Shown piece by piece: positions 32,252-41,286 of a stretch of 64,000 nucleotides of DNA (positions are counted from its first letter, which is position 1; each line of letters begins with the position of its first letter). The notes under the pieces are model-generated. The model saw only the letters and a program-made list of their open reading frames with translations. It did no database searches and had not been told where the DNA came from. The stretch is from Spirochaetota bacterium. GTDB taxonomy: Bacteria > Spirochaetota > UBA4802 > UBA5550. Both the position numbers and the translations under genes were made by a program. The stretch is taken from assembly GCA_050298055.1 (NCBI GenBank), contig JBNKTL010000012.1:34855-98854 (forward strand), written 5' to 3'.

Positions 32252-33844
32252 TTACCATATTTTTGGCCATCCGCCTGTATTGCCGTGGCAGCCAATGCCT
32301 AAATCTCCCCTGCTGCATGATGATCCGTCAAAGCTTATATTATATTGTGCTTCAAGCCATGTTGTGTCAATAAGGCCGGTAGTGTCATCTGTTCCATTAA
32401 CATGATTATCCGAACTGCTCTGTTGATTATGGCATTGATCACAGGTAATTCCGTTATCCACAACATGCATGTCATGACGATTGTCCTGAGAATCATCCTC
32501 ATGACAATCCGAGCAAATGAGCCCGGTCCCGGAATAATACCAGTCCGGTGTCTGCTTCCCTCCGTGGCAGCCGGTGTCGGTGCATTTACTGTACGAAATC
32601 GTATAGTCCCAGGTCCCCGTATAAGCCCCAAAAAGGATTGATACGACACTTACGGGAGAACCCGCAGGATTTCCGCTGTTCCATGTAAAATTGATGTGAG
32701 TCGTTGCATTGTTATAATTGTTATGGCACGTTGTGCAGGTATATCCCCGGGCCGGGTATTCGTAGTGCTTTGAATGTGACCCGCTTGATATAAGATCTCT
32801 TTCAAAAGGATCATAGGATGTTCCCGATACATGGCAATCAATACAGTTTATACCCGATCCCCCTGTCCAGACAGGCGAACCGGTGCCGTGGCAGTCGATA
32901 TTTGAACAGCCGGGATCATTAAATGAAGCATCGGGATCGTTGAAAAAACTGATTTCCAGAGAATCCCCGACAGGTTTTAATTCATGATGATCATCCCCCA
33001 CACTTCCGTCTCCGTCGTCGTGACAGTACCCGCACTGGTCACTGTAAGAGAGAAGATGCTCGGAATGGGCCCCCTGTGTTAAATTTACACTGTCTCTGTA
33101 ATGGCATGTGCCGCATGCACCGGTCCCGGCATTCCCCCAGACCGGAGTTATATCCGTGCCCTGTGCTGCGGGATCAAGAGAACTTCCGTGGCAGACAAGG
33201 TTTGAGCATTCGCCGGCACTGTATACACCTGAAGGGTTTCTTGTATTAAAATTTACCGTTATGCCGGTATCGTCAATGTCGTCGTTGTGTGCGGCAGTAT
33301 CCCTGTAGCCTGCATGGCAGTGCTCGCATGTCTGGCCGGTCCTTATATGAGCGGAATGGGACCCTGTTGAGGGATTGTTTGGTGAACCTTCATAATGACA
33401 TATGGCGCAGGTCATTTCTGAAGCGGAATACCAGTTTATCGATATATGGCAGTTTATGCTGTTGCAGGTGTTTGATGCAGTATCAAAACTACCGTTTGGG
33501 TTGTCGGCCGGGTTAAAGCTTATGATGTTTCCGGCAGCATCTTTGTCCAGTCCGGAATCATAACCGTTTACTATTCCATTCTTGTGAAGGGAATTGTTAC
33601 CATAGTTATAGTGACAGTCTGTACAGCTTATATCCTGAAGGGAGTTGAGATGAGAAGCATGACTTCCGCTTGTTGGAACATCCCTGTTTATTACCGTTGA
33701 GGGATGGCAGGCTTCGGCATCACAGCCGGTTGACATATCAGACAGATTGTTGATATTACTGCAACTGCCGAATGTAAGAATTGCCAGTAAAAAAACACCT
33801 GCTGTTGTCAATCCAAATGAAATACTTCTGCAATAAAAATACAT
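32252..33844 (-). CDS. Multiheme c-type cytochrome lipoprotein (CxxxxCH/CxxCH family), 15 heme motifs
   Basis: Lipobox-like LTFGSC; counted 9 CxxCH, 5 Cx4CH and 1 Cx8CH. Confidence 0.88.
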   Translation of the reverse strand: MYFYCRSISFGLTTAGVFLLAILTFGSCSNINNLSDMSTGCDAEACHPSTVINRDVPTSGSHASHLNSLQDISCTDCHYNYGNNSLHKNGIVNGYDSGLDKDAAGNIISFNPADNPNGSFDTASNTCNSINCHISINWYSASEMTCAICHYEGSPNNPSTGSHSAHIRTGQTCEHCHAGYRDTAAHNDDIDDTGITVNFNTRNPSGVYSAGECSNLVCHGSSLDPAAQGTDITPVWGNAGTGACGTCHYRDSVNLTQGAHSEHLLSYSDQCGYCHDDGDGSVGDDHHELKPVGDSLEISFFNDPDASFNDPGCSNIDCHGTGSPVWTGGSGINCIDCHVSGTSYDPFERDLISSGSHSKHYEYPARGYTCTTCHNNYNNATTHINFTWNSGNPAGSPVSVVSILFGAYTGTWDYTISYSKCTDTGCHGGKQTPDWYYSGTGLICSDCHEDDSQDNRHDMHVVDNGITCDQCHNQQSSSDNHVNGTDDTTGLIDTTWLEAQYNISFDGSSCSRGDLGIGCHGNTGGWPKIW

Positions 33845-33927
33845 CTCCTGTTTCCAGGGGCAGAGAGTTTATAAAAAATTCTACCCATTAATAATACAAT
33901 TATAAGGGATTTTTATGACAAAAAACT

Positions 33928-33955
33928 AAAAAAAAGCGCGGATGAAATCCGCGCC
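33928..33955 (-). terminator. Rho-independent terminator after the large cytochrome gene
   Basis: GCGCGGAT-3nt-ATCCGCGC followed by a T8 run on the minus strand. Confidence 0.75.
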
Positions 33956-33959
33956 TGTG

Positions 33960-33993
33960 TTAAAAGATCACCTGTTAACAGGTGATCTTTTAA
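33960..33993. repeat. 34-bp perfect palindrome
   Basis: TTAAAAGATCACCTGTT|AACAGGTGATCTTTTAA. Confidence 0.8.
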
Positions 33994-34014
33994 AAGTTGC
34001 TCATAATGAATTAT

Positions 34015-37000
34015 TTATCTATTGTAGGCCGGTTTGTTGCTTGTATCATCATTTTCTTCTTTCATCTGACTTGCCCCGAATATTGATTTGTACCATCCGG
34101 ATTTAGGATCATGGTCCTCGTTGTGGCAGGCAACATAACATTTCCCTGAAGAGTAATCATAATAGAGATCTCCGGCAGCCCCTGATTTACCTGCAGGTGA
34201 GGTGTCATACCCGAACCTTATATTGATCCACCTGTTAACATGACGGCTGCTTAAATCTGTTCCCGTGTTGTACCTGTACTTAATGGTAACAGACGTATCG
34301 CTTTCTCCGCTAGAATGTGCCGCAGTAGCGTGGCAGTGTTCGCATGATCCGTAGGTGTTGTGTTGGGTTTCATTATAATGGTCTTTCCCGGATGCATTGT
34401 TGTGGGGTTGGGGCTGGTTTGTCCCGTTGTTGTGACAGTTCGTGCAGTTAAGAGAAACCTTGGATCCGCCTCCCCATATAACAGTGGCGATCCCGGGACC
34501 TCCCGTGTTGTCTGGGGCCGTGCTTGTCAGTTCCCAGCCGTTGCTGTGGCAGTACGTTGCCTGGCAGGTCCTTTCCTGAAAACCGGCACCCGGTGTGCTG
34601 CTGGAGAATGCTCCGGTAAATGACTTGTAGAATGCAAAGTTACGCGTTCCGTTGGCGTGAAGGGTTGTATTGGGTTTTTTTGTCCCGGTTTCATATGCTC
34701 CCCCGAGACCGTCACCGGTTGACAAGGTCCCGTCATAAACGCCGTTGTGACAGAACCCGCAGGGATATTCATAACCATTTTCCGTATAAAGTCCGGAGTG
34801 TTTTGAATGGCTGTCACTATTCCAGGTATCTGCCGTGGGAATTCCAAGGCCTGCGTTATTCCCCTCTCCATGACAGTCGCCGCATGATCCACCAGTCCCG
34901 GTTATCCAGTTGGGGTTATTACCGGTGTTCCCTTCGGGCCATGAAGTGTTCCCGCTTCCAAAGTCTCCGTGGCAGTATGTATTTGAACAGACATTTGCCG
35001 TGTAGGAGGGTGTCACGCCGGTATACTGGCCGGCCAGTCCCGAAAAGTTCAGGGTCGGTGAAAAGTTAACATGGTATGTCCTGTATGATGTGTTAAATGA
35101 TACGCTTCCCTCGGTACCGTCGGCTACCCCGTTGTGACAGAGGTTGCAGTTATAGCTGTAGTTTCCGGAAGTTGAATCCGTATGCCTGTCATGGGAGCCG
35201 TAGGCGGCATTTGTCGGTGCATTGTCGTGACAGTCACCGCAGGCGCCTCCTGTTCCGGCATTCCAGTTGGCCGTAGCATTGAGGCCGCCGTTGAAGTCAC
35301 CGTGACAGTAGGTGTTTGTGCAGTCCTTGGTCGAAGTGTTGTAGTTTGCCGTCCCCGGTCCCTGGTCCGCATTTCCGTCGAAGGATATATCCCTCTGGTT
35401 GTTTGCGTGGTTTGCGATGCTCACCAGTAAGACCCCGCCGTTCTCGGTACCGGACGCTTCTCCGTTATGACACTTTGAACAGTCGAAACCGTATCCTGTC
35501 CCCGCAAGGGAATCGGTATGCCTGTCGTGGCTCCCGTAGCTGGAGTTCTGAGGCGCCAGGTCGTGACAGTCACCGCAGGCGCCTCCGGTGGTATTGTTCC
35601 AGTCCCCGGCATTACCTGTTGTTCCGCCGGTAAAGTTACCGTGGCAGTAGAAGCTGGTACAGGTCATTTCCAAAGATGTATAGACGCCGCTGGGGTTCCA
35701 TGTATCCGGAACAACTGTCAGCATCCCGTCTGCGTGTCCCGCTTTTAAGGTGGTATTATCGGACTCGACCGTTTCATCGTGGCATTTTGAACAGCTGTAG
35801 CTGTAATTTTCACTGCCGGAAATATGTTTCCTGTGTGCTCCCGTTGTCATTGATGCCGACGTCGCGTCGTGACAGTTACCGCAGGTGACCGATCCGGGAC
35901 CTCCTCCCGCAGCCAGAGTCCATTTAGGGTCGTTATTCCCGGCAGAGGATGAACCATAGAATCTCCCCCAGTCGTTACCTCCCGTTGAGTTCCCGTGACA
36001 GTAGAGATTGGTGCACTGTTTGGTCCCCGTATTATAACTTCCGCTGGGATTGAGGCTGTCAAAAACCACACTCACATCTTCTGCGCCGATAATACCGTTT
36101 ACATGACCGGAAAATCCCCCGGAATGACACCTGTCACAGGAATAGGAATAGGGCCCCGATGTGTGAGTCGCATGGGCCCCGGATGTTCCGGGAGTAGCGG
36201 TATGGCAGTCCCCGCATTGGGCAGTTGTGCTGTCAAGCCAGTCCGGTGTTGAGTTATTTCCTGCTAGTGTTCCCGAGAAGTTCCCGTGACACCATGAATT
36301 TGTACATGTCCGGGTCCCGGAGGCCCAGGCTGTGCTGCCGGAAACAATATCACCTGTTTTGGATGCCAGGTCAGTATTCGAAGTCTTGAAATTCACATCT
36401 GCATTTACTCCGCTGTTATCGATAGAGAAATTCGCATGGCGGATAGTCCCGTAGGAACCCTGTGTGCTGGTTGAGGTAAAACCCGTATTGGTATCGGTCC
36501 CGTAGTTATGGCAGGCGTCACAGCTTTCGATGGAATTGGCATTGCCGAAATAGGTTGCCGATGAGGATGTGTGTTTCCCGTGTGTTTTGGACGAGTAGTT
36601 ATTGGTCGGACTCCCGTGACATGAACCGCAGGCGGAAGTTGATGAATCCTGCCAGGTGGGGCTGAACGCGTTTCCCGGATTTGTGTTTGACGTACCGTTG
36701 TATGTTACCCGGGGGAAGTTTCCGTGGCAGTAAACGTTGGTACAGGTTTTCGATGCGTTGTCAAAAGACGGCGATCCGTTGGTATTAGCCGGATGAGAAT
36801 ATCCGAAAGTAACATCCTTCGTGAAATTAACATGATCTACAGGTGCTGAAGCGTTTGTATATCCGCTGTGGCAGTAACCGCACTGGTCCGGGTATTGAGC
36901 CAGGTGCTTCGTATGCTTTACCGATGTGGGATCTGTTCCGTTTGCCGGGTGGCATGAGCCGCATATTGCAGTACCGCTCCAGGCGATAGCCGTGTTGTTC

Positions 37001-38040
37001 CCCCCCGTGAAGTTTCCATGGCAGTATGTATCTGAACATATTATGTCATTGTATTGTCCCGTGGAAGGATCGAAAGACCCCCCCTCGGCGGTGCCCAGGG
37101 ACCCCCGGGGATAATTAAAAGTTATATTGATCTCTCCGTTTGCGTGTGTTGATGATCCGCTGGTAGAACTGCCGTGACATGCACTGCATGCCGCAGCCTC
37201 ATTGGCATAACCTGCCGCTATGAGCATGTTGAGATGACTCCCGTGGGTCGGGTCTCCTGAATTCGCAGGGTTTCCGTCTCCATCAGCGGCGTTTCCGTGG
37301 CAGGGATTTGACGCGCAGCTTACACCGGTATTGCTGTTAAATTCAGGTGTCGTATTGCTGTTAAAGCCGGGTTTCCCGTTTCCATGACAGGTTGTAGAGA
37401 CACAGGTTCCACCCTGTGTACCGGGAGTATATGATCCCTCCGGGTTTGTTGATGGGTTAAAAATAACTGAAGTATTCCCGGAATCAACGGTTCCGTCGGC
37501 ATGGGTGGATGTATCGGTATAGCCATAGTGGCAGTCGGTGCAGACTTTTCCCCCGTCTGTAATGTGGGCCCGGTGTCCGCTGCCGGTCATTGGGTCCGGG
37601 CTGTTCAGATCATTATCGGAGTAGTGGCAGATAGTCGTACAGGTTTCTGCAGCCGGGGCATCCCAGGCAATAGACCCGTGACATGCCATATTCCGGCAGG
37701 TCTTTGTGGATACGTCAAAGCTTCCGTTGGGATTCTGATTTTTATCAAAGAATATTATAAGTTTATTGTTACTGCTGGAATCCTTTGTCCCGTTTTTATG
37801 AAGGGCTACATTGCCATATGAATTATGACAGACCTTGCACTCATACCCCTTTTTCCGGACATGGACAACATGTCTTGCGTCGTTTGAGGGATAGACTTCT
37901 TTCAGAGATGTCGATTGATGACATTCACCGGCCGCACAGCCTGCATCAGTTGTATCCAGATTTTTCCTGACCTTACTACAACCGATTATCGCTACAGCAG
38001 CAGACAAAATTATTGTTGGAATAATATATTTTTTTACCAT
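34015..38040 (-). CDS. Very large multiheme c-type cytochrome lipoprotein (CxxxxCH/CxxCH family), 33 heme motifs
   Basis: Signal MVKKYIIPTIILSAAVAIIGC; counted 19 CxxCH, 12 Cx4CH and 2 Cx3CH in 11 repeats. Confidence 0.9.
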   Translation of the reverse strand: MVKKYIIPTIILSAAVAIIGCSKVRKNLDTTDAGCAAGECHQSTSLKEVYPSNDARHVVHVRKKGYECKVCHNSYGNVALHKNGTKDSSSNNKLIIFFDKNQNPNGSFDVSTKTCRNMACHGSIAWDAPAAETCTTICHYSDNDLNSPDPMTGSGHRAHITDGGKVCTDCHYGYTDTSTHADGTVDSGNTSVIFNPSTNPEGSYTPGTQGGTCVSTTCHGNGKPGFNSNTTPEFNSNTGVSCASNPCHGNAADGDGNPANSGDPTHGSHLNMLIAAGYANEAAACSACHGSSTSGSSTHANGEINITFNYPRGSLGTAEGGSFDPSTGQYNDIICSDTYCHGNFTGGNNTAIAWSGTAICGSCHPANGTDPTSVKHTKHLAQYPDQCGYCHSGYTNASAPVDHVNFTKDVTFGYSHPANTNGSPSFDNASKTCTNVYCHGNFPRVTYNGTSNTNPGNAFSPTWQDSSTSACGSCHGSPTNNYSSKTHGKHTSSSATYFGNANSIESCDACHNYGTDTNTGFTSTSTQGSYGTIRHANFSIDNSGVNADVNFKTSNTDLASKTGDIVSGSTAWASGTRTCTNSWCHGNFSGTLAGNNSTPDWLDSTTAQCGDCHTATPGTSGAHATHTSGPYSYSCDRCHSGGFSGHVNGIIGAEDVSVVFDSLNPSGSYNTGTKQCTNLYCHGNSTGGNDWGRFYGSSSAGNNDPKWTLAAGGGPGSVTCGNCHDATSASMTTGAHRKHISGSENYSYSCSKCHDETVESDNTTLKAGHADGMLTVVPDTWNPSGVYTSLEMTCTSFYCHGNFTGGTTGNAGDWNNTTGGACGDCHDLAPQNSSYGSHDRHTDSLAGTGYGFDCSKCHNGEASGTENGGVLLVSIANHANNQRDISFDGNADQGPGTANYNTSTKDCTNTYCHGDFNGGLNATANWNAGTGGACGDCHDNAPTNAAYGSHDRHTDSTSGNYSYNCNLCHNGVADGTEGSVSFNTSYRTYHVNFSPTLNFSGLAGQYTGVTPSYTANVCSNTYCHGDFGSGNTSWPEGNTGNNPNWITGTGGSCGDCHGEGNNAGLGIPTADTWNSDSHSKHSGLYTENGYEYPCGFCHNGVYDGTLSTGDGLGGAYETGTKKPNTTLHANGTRNFAFYKSFTGAFSSSTPGAGFQERTCQATYCHSNGWELTSTAPDNTGGPGIATVIWGGGSKVSLNCTNCHNNGTNQPQPHNNASGKDHYNETQHNTYGSCEHCHATAAHSSGESDTSVTIKYRYNTGTDLSSRHVNRWINIRFGYDTSPAGKSGAAGDLYYDYSSGKCYVACHNEDHDPKSGWYKSIFGASQMKEENDDTSNKPAYNR

Positions 38041-38318
38041 CCGAGTTACTCCAAATTTTTTTTTATTTTTTGTGCTGTTAAATATTTTGTATTTTTATAT
38101 TAATTCTTTTGTAAATAAAACCTCCTTAAACCTATAGGGTTAATAGTAAATAATATACAGATTTTGGCAAGTAAAAGTGTAAAAAAATCGTATATCTGAT
38201 ATTATTAATGCGCATAAAATTGGGAATGTATATGATTTATTCACTCATTTTTGCATCTTAATGTAATTGTAAAAGTGATCTTCGATATAATCGCAGATTT
38301 ATGAGGGGTTCTTGTGAC

Positions 38319-38346
38319 AAAAAAAAGCGCGGATTAGATCCGCGCC
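38319..38346 (-). terminator. Rho-independent terminator of leuA
   Basis: GCGCGGAT-3nt-ATCCGCGC plus a T8 run, ~15 nt after the leuA stop. Confidence 0.78.
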
Positions 38347-38360
38347 TTTCTCTGAGTCTT

Positions 38361-39941
38361 TTACGGATAGACCTTCTCTGTGGGACCTTTACCCCCGACC
38401 TTTTTCATATATTCAAGCCTGTTCAGGGCGTCAACATAGGAGAATATGCCGGCAATTGAGATATCGATGCTGATACCCGTCCCTATCACCCTGATCTCCT
38501 TTCCCCTGACTTTTTCGGTAACTGTGACCGAAACTTCGCAGAGTGCATCGGAACCGCCTGTTATGGCGGCAAGGGTGAAGGCGGTAATGACTGATTCGGA
38601 ACCGGTAATTTTTTTTACCGCCTTAATTCCCGCGTCCACACCGCCATTTCCATGCTCCACCTCAAAGGTTTCCCGGTTGTCGTTATAGTGGTCCTTCAGG
38701 GTTACCATGGCCATGGGTGGCGAGAACATCCCGGTTGATATCTGGACATTCTCCACCTTGAATCTCCTCTTGTTCTCTTCCTTAAACATGGCTTCACCAA
38801 GGAGTGCTACCAGGTCTTCGTCAAAGACCTGTTTTTTCCTGTCTGCCAGGTCCTTAAAGTACTTGAAGAACCGGTCAAGCTCGTCCTTTTTCAGCTTAAA
38901 TCCCAGGTCCCTGAGCCTTTCAACAACTGCATGCCTGCCCGAGTGTTTCCCGAGAACAAGCTTCGATTTACTGATACCCACATCTTCCGGTTTCATGATC
39001 TCGTAAGTCATGGAATGTTTCAAGACACCGTCCTGGTGTATCCCGGATTCATGGGCAAACGCGTTGTCTCCCACAATGGCTTTGTTGGGCTGAACAGAGA
39101 TCCCGGTTATTCTTGTGAGAAGCTTGCTGGCTGACATTATCTGCTTTGTATTGATTTTTGATCCGATTTTGTACATGTCGTTCCGAGTCTTGACAGCCAT
39201 AACGATCTCTTCCATGGAGGTGTTTCCCGCCCGTTCACCGATACCATTTATGGTACATTCAATCTGTCGTGCGCCGGCTTCAATTGCCGCCAGTGAATTG
39301 GCGACGGCAAGCCCCAGGTCGTTGTGGCAGTGCACGGAGATTATTGCGCTGTTAATGTTGCTTACGTTGTCGAAGAGGTGTTTGATGATTTTGAAAAACT
39401 CTGTTGGTATCGTATAGCCCACTGTGTCCGGTATGTTTACCGTAGTGGCACCTGCTTCAATGACCGCGTGCACTATCTCCGTGAGGTATCCGAGGTCGCT
39501 CCTTGTTGCATCCATGGGAGAGAATTCAACATTGTCAGTATATGACTTTGATTTTTTTACGGCATTAACAGCTGCCTTTAATACCTCATCCCGTGTTTTC
39601 TTCAACTGGTACTTGATATGGATATCCGAGCTGGAGATAAAGGTGTGGATTCTCGGTTTTTTCGCGCCCTTTAAAGCCTTCCATGCAACATCGATGTCCT
39701 TTTCATGGGTCCGTGCAAGTCCGGCAACCTGGGCATGCTTTGCCCTTTCCGATATCCTCTGGACTGCTTCGAAGTCGCCGTCGGAGGTTATGGGGAAACC
39801 GGCTTCAATTACATCAACTTTGAGCCTCTCGAGCTGGTCGGCAATGAGGAGTTTCTCCTCTATATTCATGCTGAAACCGGGTGACTGTTCTCCGTCTCTC
39901 AGTGTTGTGTCAAAAATAATCAGGTTGTCTTTCTTTGTCAT
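38361..39941 (-). CDS. leuA: 2-isopropylmalate synthase
   Basis: DTTLRDGEQ, HCHNDLG, GERAGN, AHESGIHQDG, LGKHSGR; C-terminal regulatory domain; Leu attenuator upstream. Confidence 0.93.
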   Translation of the reverse strand: MTKKDNLIIFDTTLRDGEQSPGFSMNIEEKLLIADQLERLKVDVIEAGFPITSDGDFEAVQRISERAKHAQVAGLARTHEKDIDVAWKALKGAKKPRIHTFISSSDIHIKYQLKKTRDEVLKAAVNAVKKSKSYTDNVEFSPMDATRSDLGYLTEIVHAVIEAGATTVNIPDTVGYTIPTEFFKIIKHLFDNVSNINSAIISVHCHNDLGLAVANSLAAIEAGARQIECTINGIGERAGNTSMEEIVMAVKTRNDMYKIGSKINTKQIMSASKLLTRITGISVQPNKAIVGDNAFAHESGIHQDGVLKHSMTYEIMKPEDVGISKSKLVLGKHSGRHAVVERLRDLGFKLKKDELDRFFKYFKDLADRKKQVFDEDLVALLGEAMFKEENKRRFKVENVQISTGMFSPPMAMVTLKDHYNDNRETFEVEHGNGGVDAGIKAVKKITGSESVITAFTLAAITGGSDALCEVSVTVTEKVRGKEIRVIGTGISIDISIAGIFSYVDALNRLEYMKKVGGKGPTEKVYP

Positions 39942-40015
39942 TTTGCTTACCTTCCTTTTTTTTATTGAAGCCTCTCATGTTAATGTTAAGAGGTTCCTTT
40001 CTGTTCCCTGTAAAT

Positions 40016-40048
40016 AAAAAAGGCCGTCACTTTTTCTTCGTGACGGCC
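40016..40048 (-). terminator. Attenuator terminator of the leuA leader
   Basis: mRNA GGCCGUCAC-GAAGAAAAA-GUGACGGCC-UUUUUU. Confidence 0.85.
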
Positions 40049-40075
40049 CTGCAAAATTGCTTATTCAAAAAGACA

Positions 40076-40150
40076 TCACGAATCGTTCGTGGCGTTGCCA
40101 AGAAGAAGGAGTAGGCTAAGCAGAAGGTTCACCTGGTATCTAAAATTCAT
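40076..40150 (-). CDS. Leucine-rich leader (attenuator) peptide MNFRYQVNLLLSLLLLLGNATNDS
   Basis: Manual translation; AGGGAG RBS; 8 Leu in 9 consecutive codons; terminator follows. Confidence 0.85.
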   Translation of the reverse strand: MNFRYQVNLLLSLLLLLGNATNDS

Positions 40151-40341
40151 CTGTCTCCCTTTATCCTGATGTCTCTGTAATAGTGTCGGTCTTTTATTAA
40201 ATTCTCTAAAACTTAAATGACAAGCTTTATGAGAATAGTAAGAGTTGTCAATATCTTTTAAAAAATTATTGCAAAAATTTTATCGCTTCTCAATCTTAGT
40301 ATTGTGAGAATTTAATATTTATATTAAAAAGGTTAGCAGGC

Positions 40342-40776
40342 ATGTCGGGAAACGAATATAAGTACTACAGGTACAGAAGAATAAAGAGGAATGTCTTTGT
40401 GGGACTGCTGTTCCTGTTGATTGTTATCCTTATTTCCCTTTTTATCTGTAACTCCGGGGGAGTCAGTACAGGCGGCAAAAATGGAGATAGCGATATACCG
40501 GGAAAGTCCTCAACGGGATCTTCCGAAAGGGGACCCGGCATGACACCTGAAGGAGGAGAGGATTCCAACGGATCTCGTGAAGGGAGCGGACTCCGTAAAA
40601 AAACAGGGACCGGGACTTACGGGAAGAGAAAAACCGTAAGACGAAAAAATTCCTCCGTGGAACACCCGGTAATAAATAAAGTCAAAAAGGTTAAGTCTGA
40701 AAAGAACCTTCCTCCCAAGTCGCCCACGCTTGAAATAATCGGCGATGAAGGGAAGGTCCTGATGAAAAAGGAGTAG
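40342..40776 (+). CDS. Hypothetical membrane-anchored protein
   Basis: One N-terminal TM helix, then a low-complexity G/S/K region. Confidence 0.5.
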   Translation: MSGNEYKYYRYRRIKRNVFVGLLFLLIVILISLFICNSGGVSTGGKNGDSDIPGKSSTGSSERGPGMTPEGGEDSNGSREGSGLRKKTGTGTYGKRKTVRRKNSSVEHPVINKVKKVKSEKNLPPKSPTLEIIGDEGKVLMKKE

Positions 40777-40805
40777 GAAGACTTTCCCGTTAAAAATTTC
40801 AGAAG

Positions 40806-41228
40806 TTATTTCGCGAAATTTCCTTCTTTTTCAATGGAAAATTCCTCTTCAAGCAGGTGTAATGTGTAGGTATAGCATTCTTCTATTTCAACGGGGTATG
40901 CCGTGGTTATGGCAATTTCAATTGTTGATGTTGAAAAGATATATCTGACAATTGTAAAATAGTGTGAGTCTCCGTAGAGGACCGGTATGGTCACGTCTGT
41001 ACCTGTTGCCATGTTTGTTCCGATTTCAACTTTTGATGCGTCTGTAAAGTAATCCACTGTATCGTGAACATAAAGGTGGTTGATGCTATATTCGGAAGAA
41101 TTTGTTATTGTCATCGGTTCTTCGGGAAGACAGATGCCTGACCCCGGTTCCGATGGTTCCTCTTCCGCTGCTCCGCACGAAAGAGTCAAAACAACAAGAA
41201 ATATCAGCAAGGCCTCTTTTCTTCTCAT
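40806..41228 (-). CDS. Hypothetical lipoprotein
   Basis: MRRKEALLIFLVVLTLSC lipobox; GGAGGGAG RBS. Confidence 0.6.
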   Translation of the reverse strand: MRRKEALLIFLVVLTLSCGAAEEEPSEPGSGICLPEEPMTITNSSEYSINHLYVHDTVDYFTDASKVEIGTNMATGTDVTIPVLYGDSHYFTIVRYIFSTSTIEIAITTAYPVEIEECYTYTLHLLEEEFSIEKEGNFAK

Positions 41229-41286
41229 AATATCTCCCTCCCTGCGAATACCTGCTCTGAAGAGTCTATGGTAAACTTCAGATATA

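Noticed and set aside
34360..38103. Many short ORFs overlapping the large cytochrome
   Set aside because: Alternative-frame or antisense artefacts of a GC-richer repetitive coding sequence
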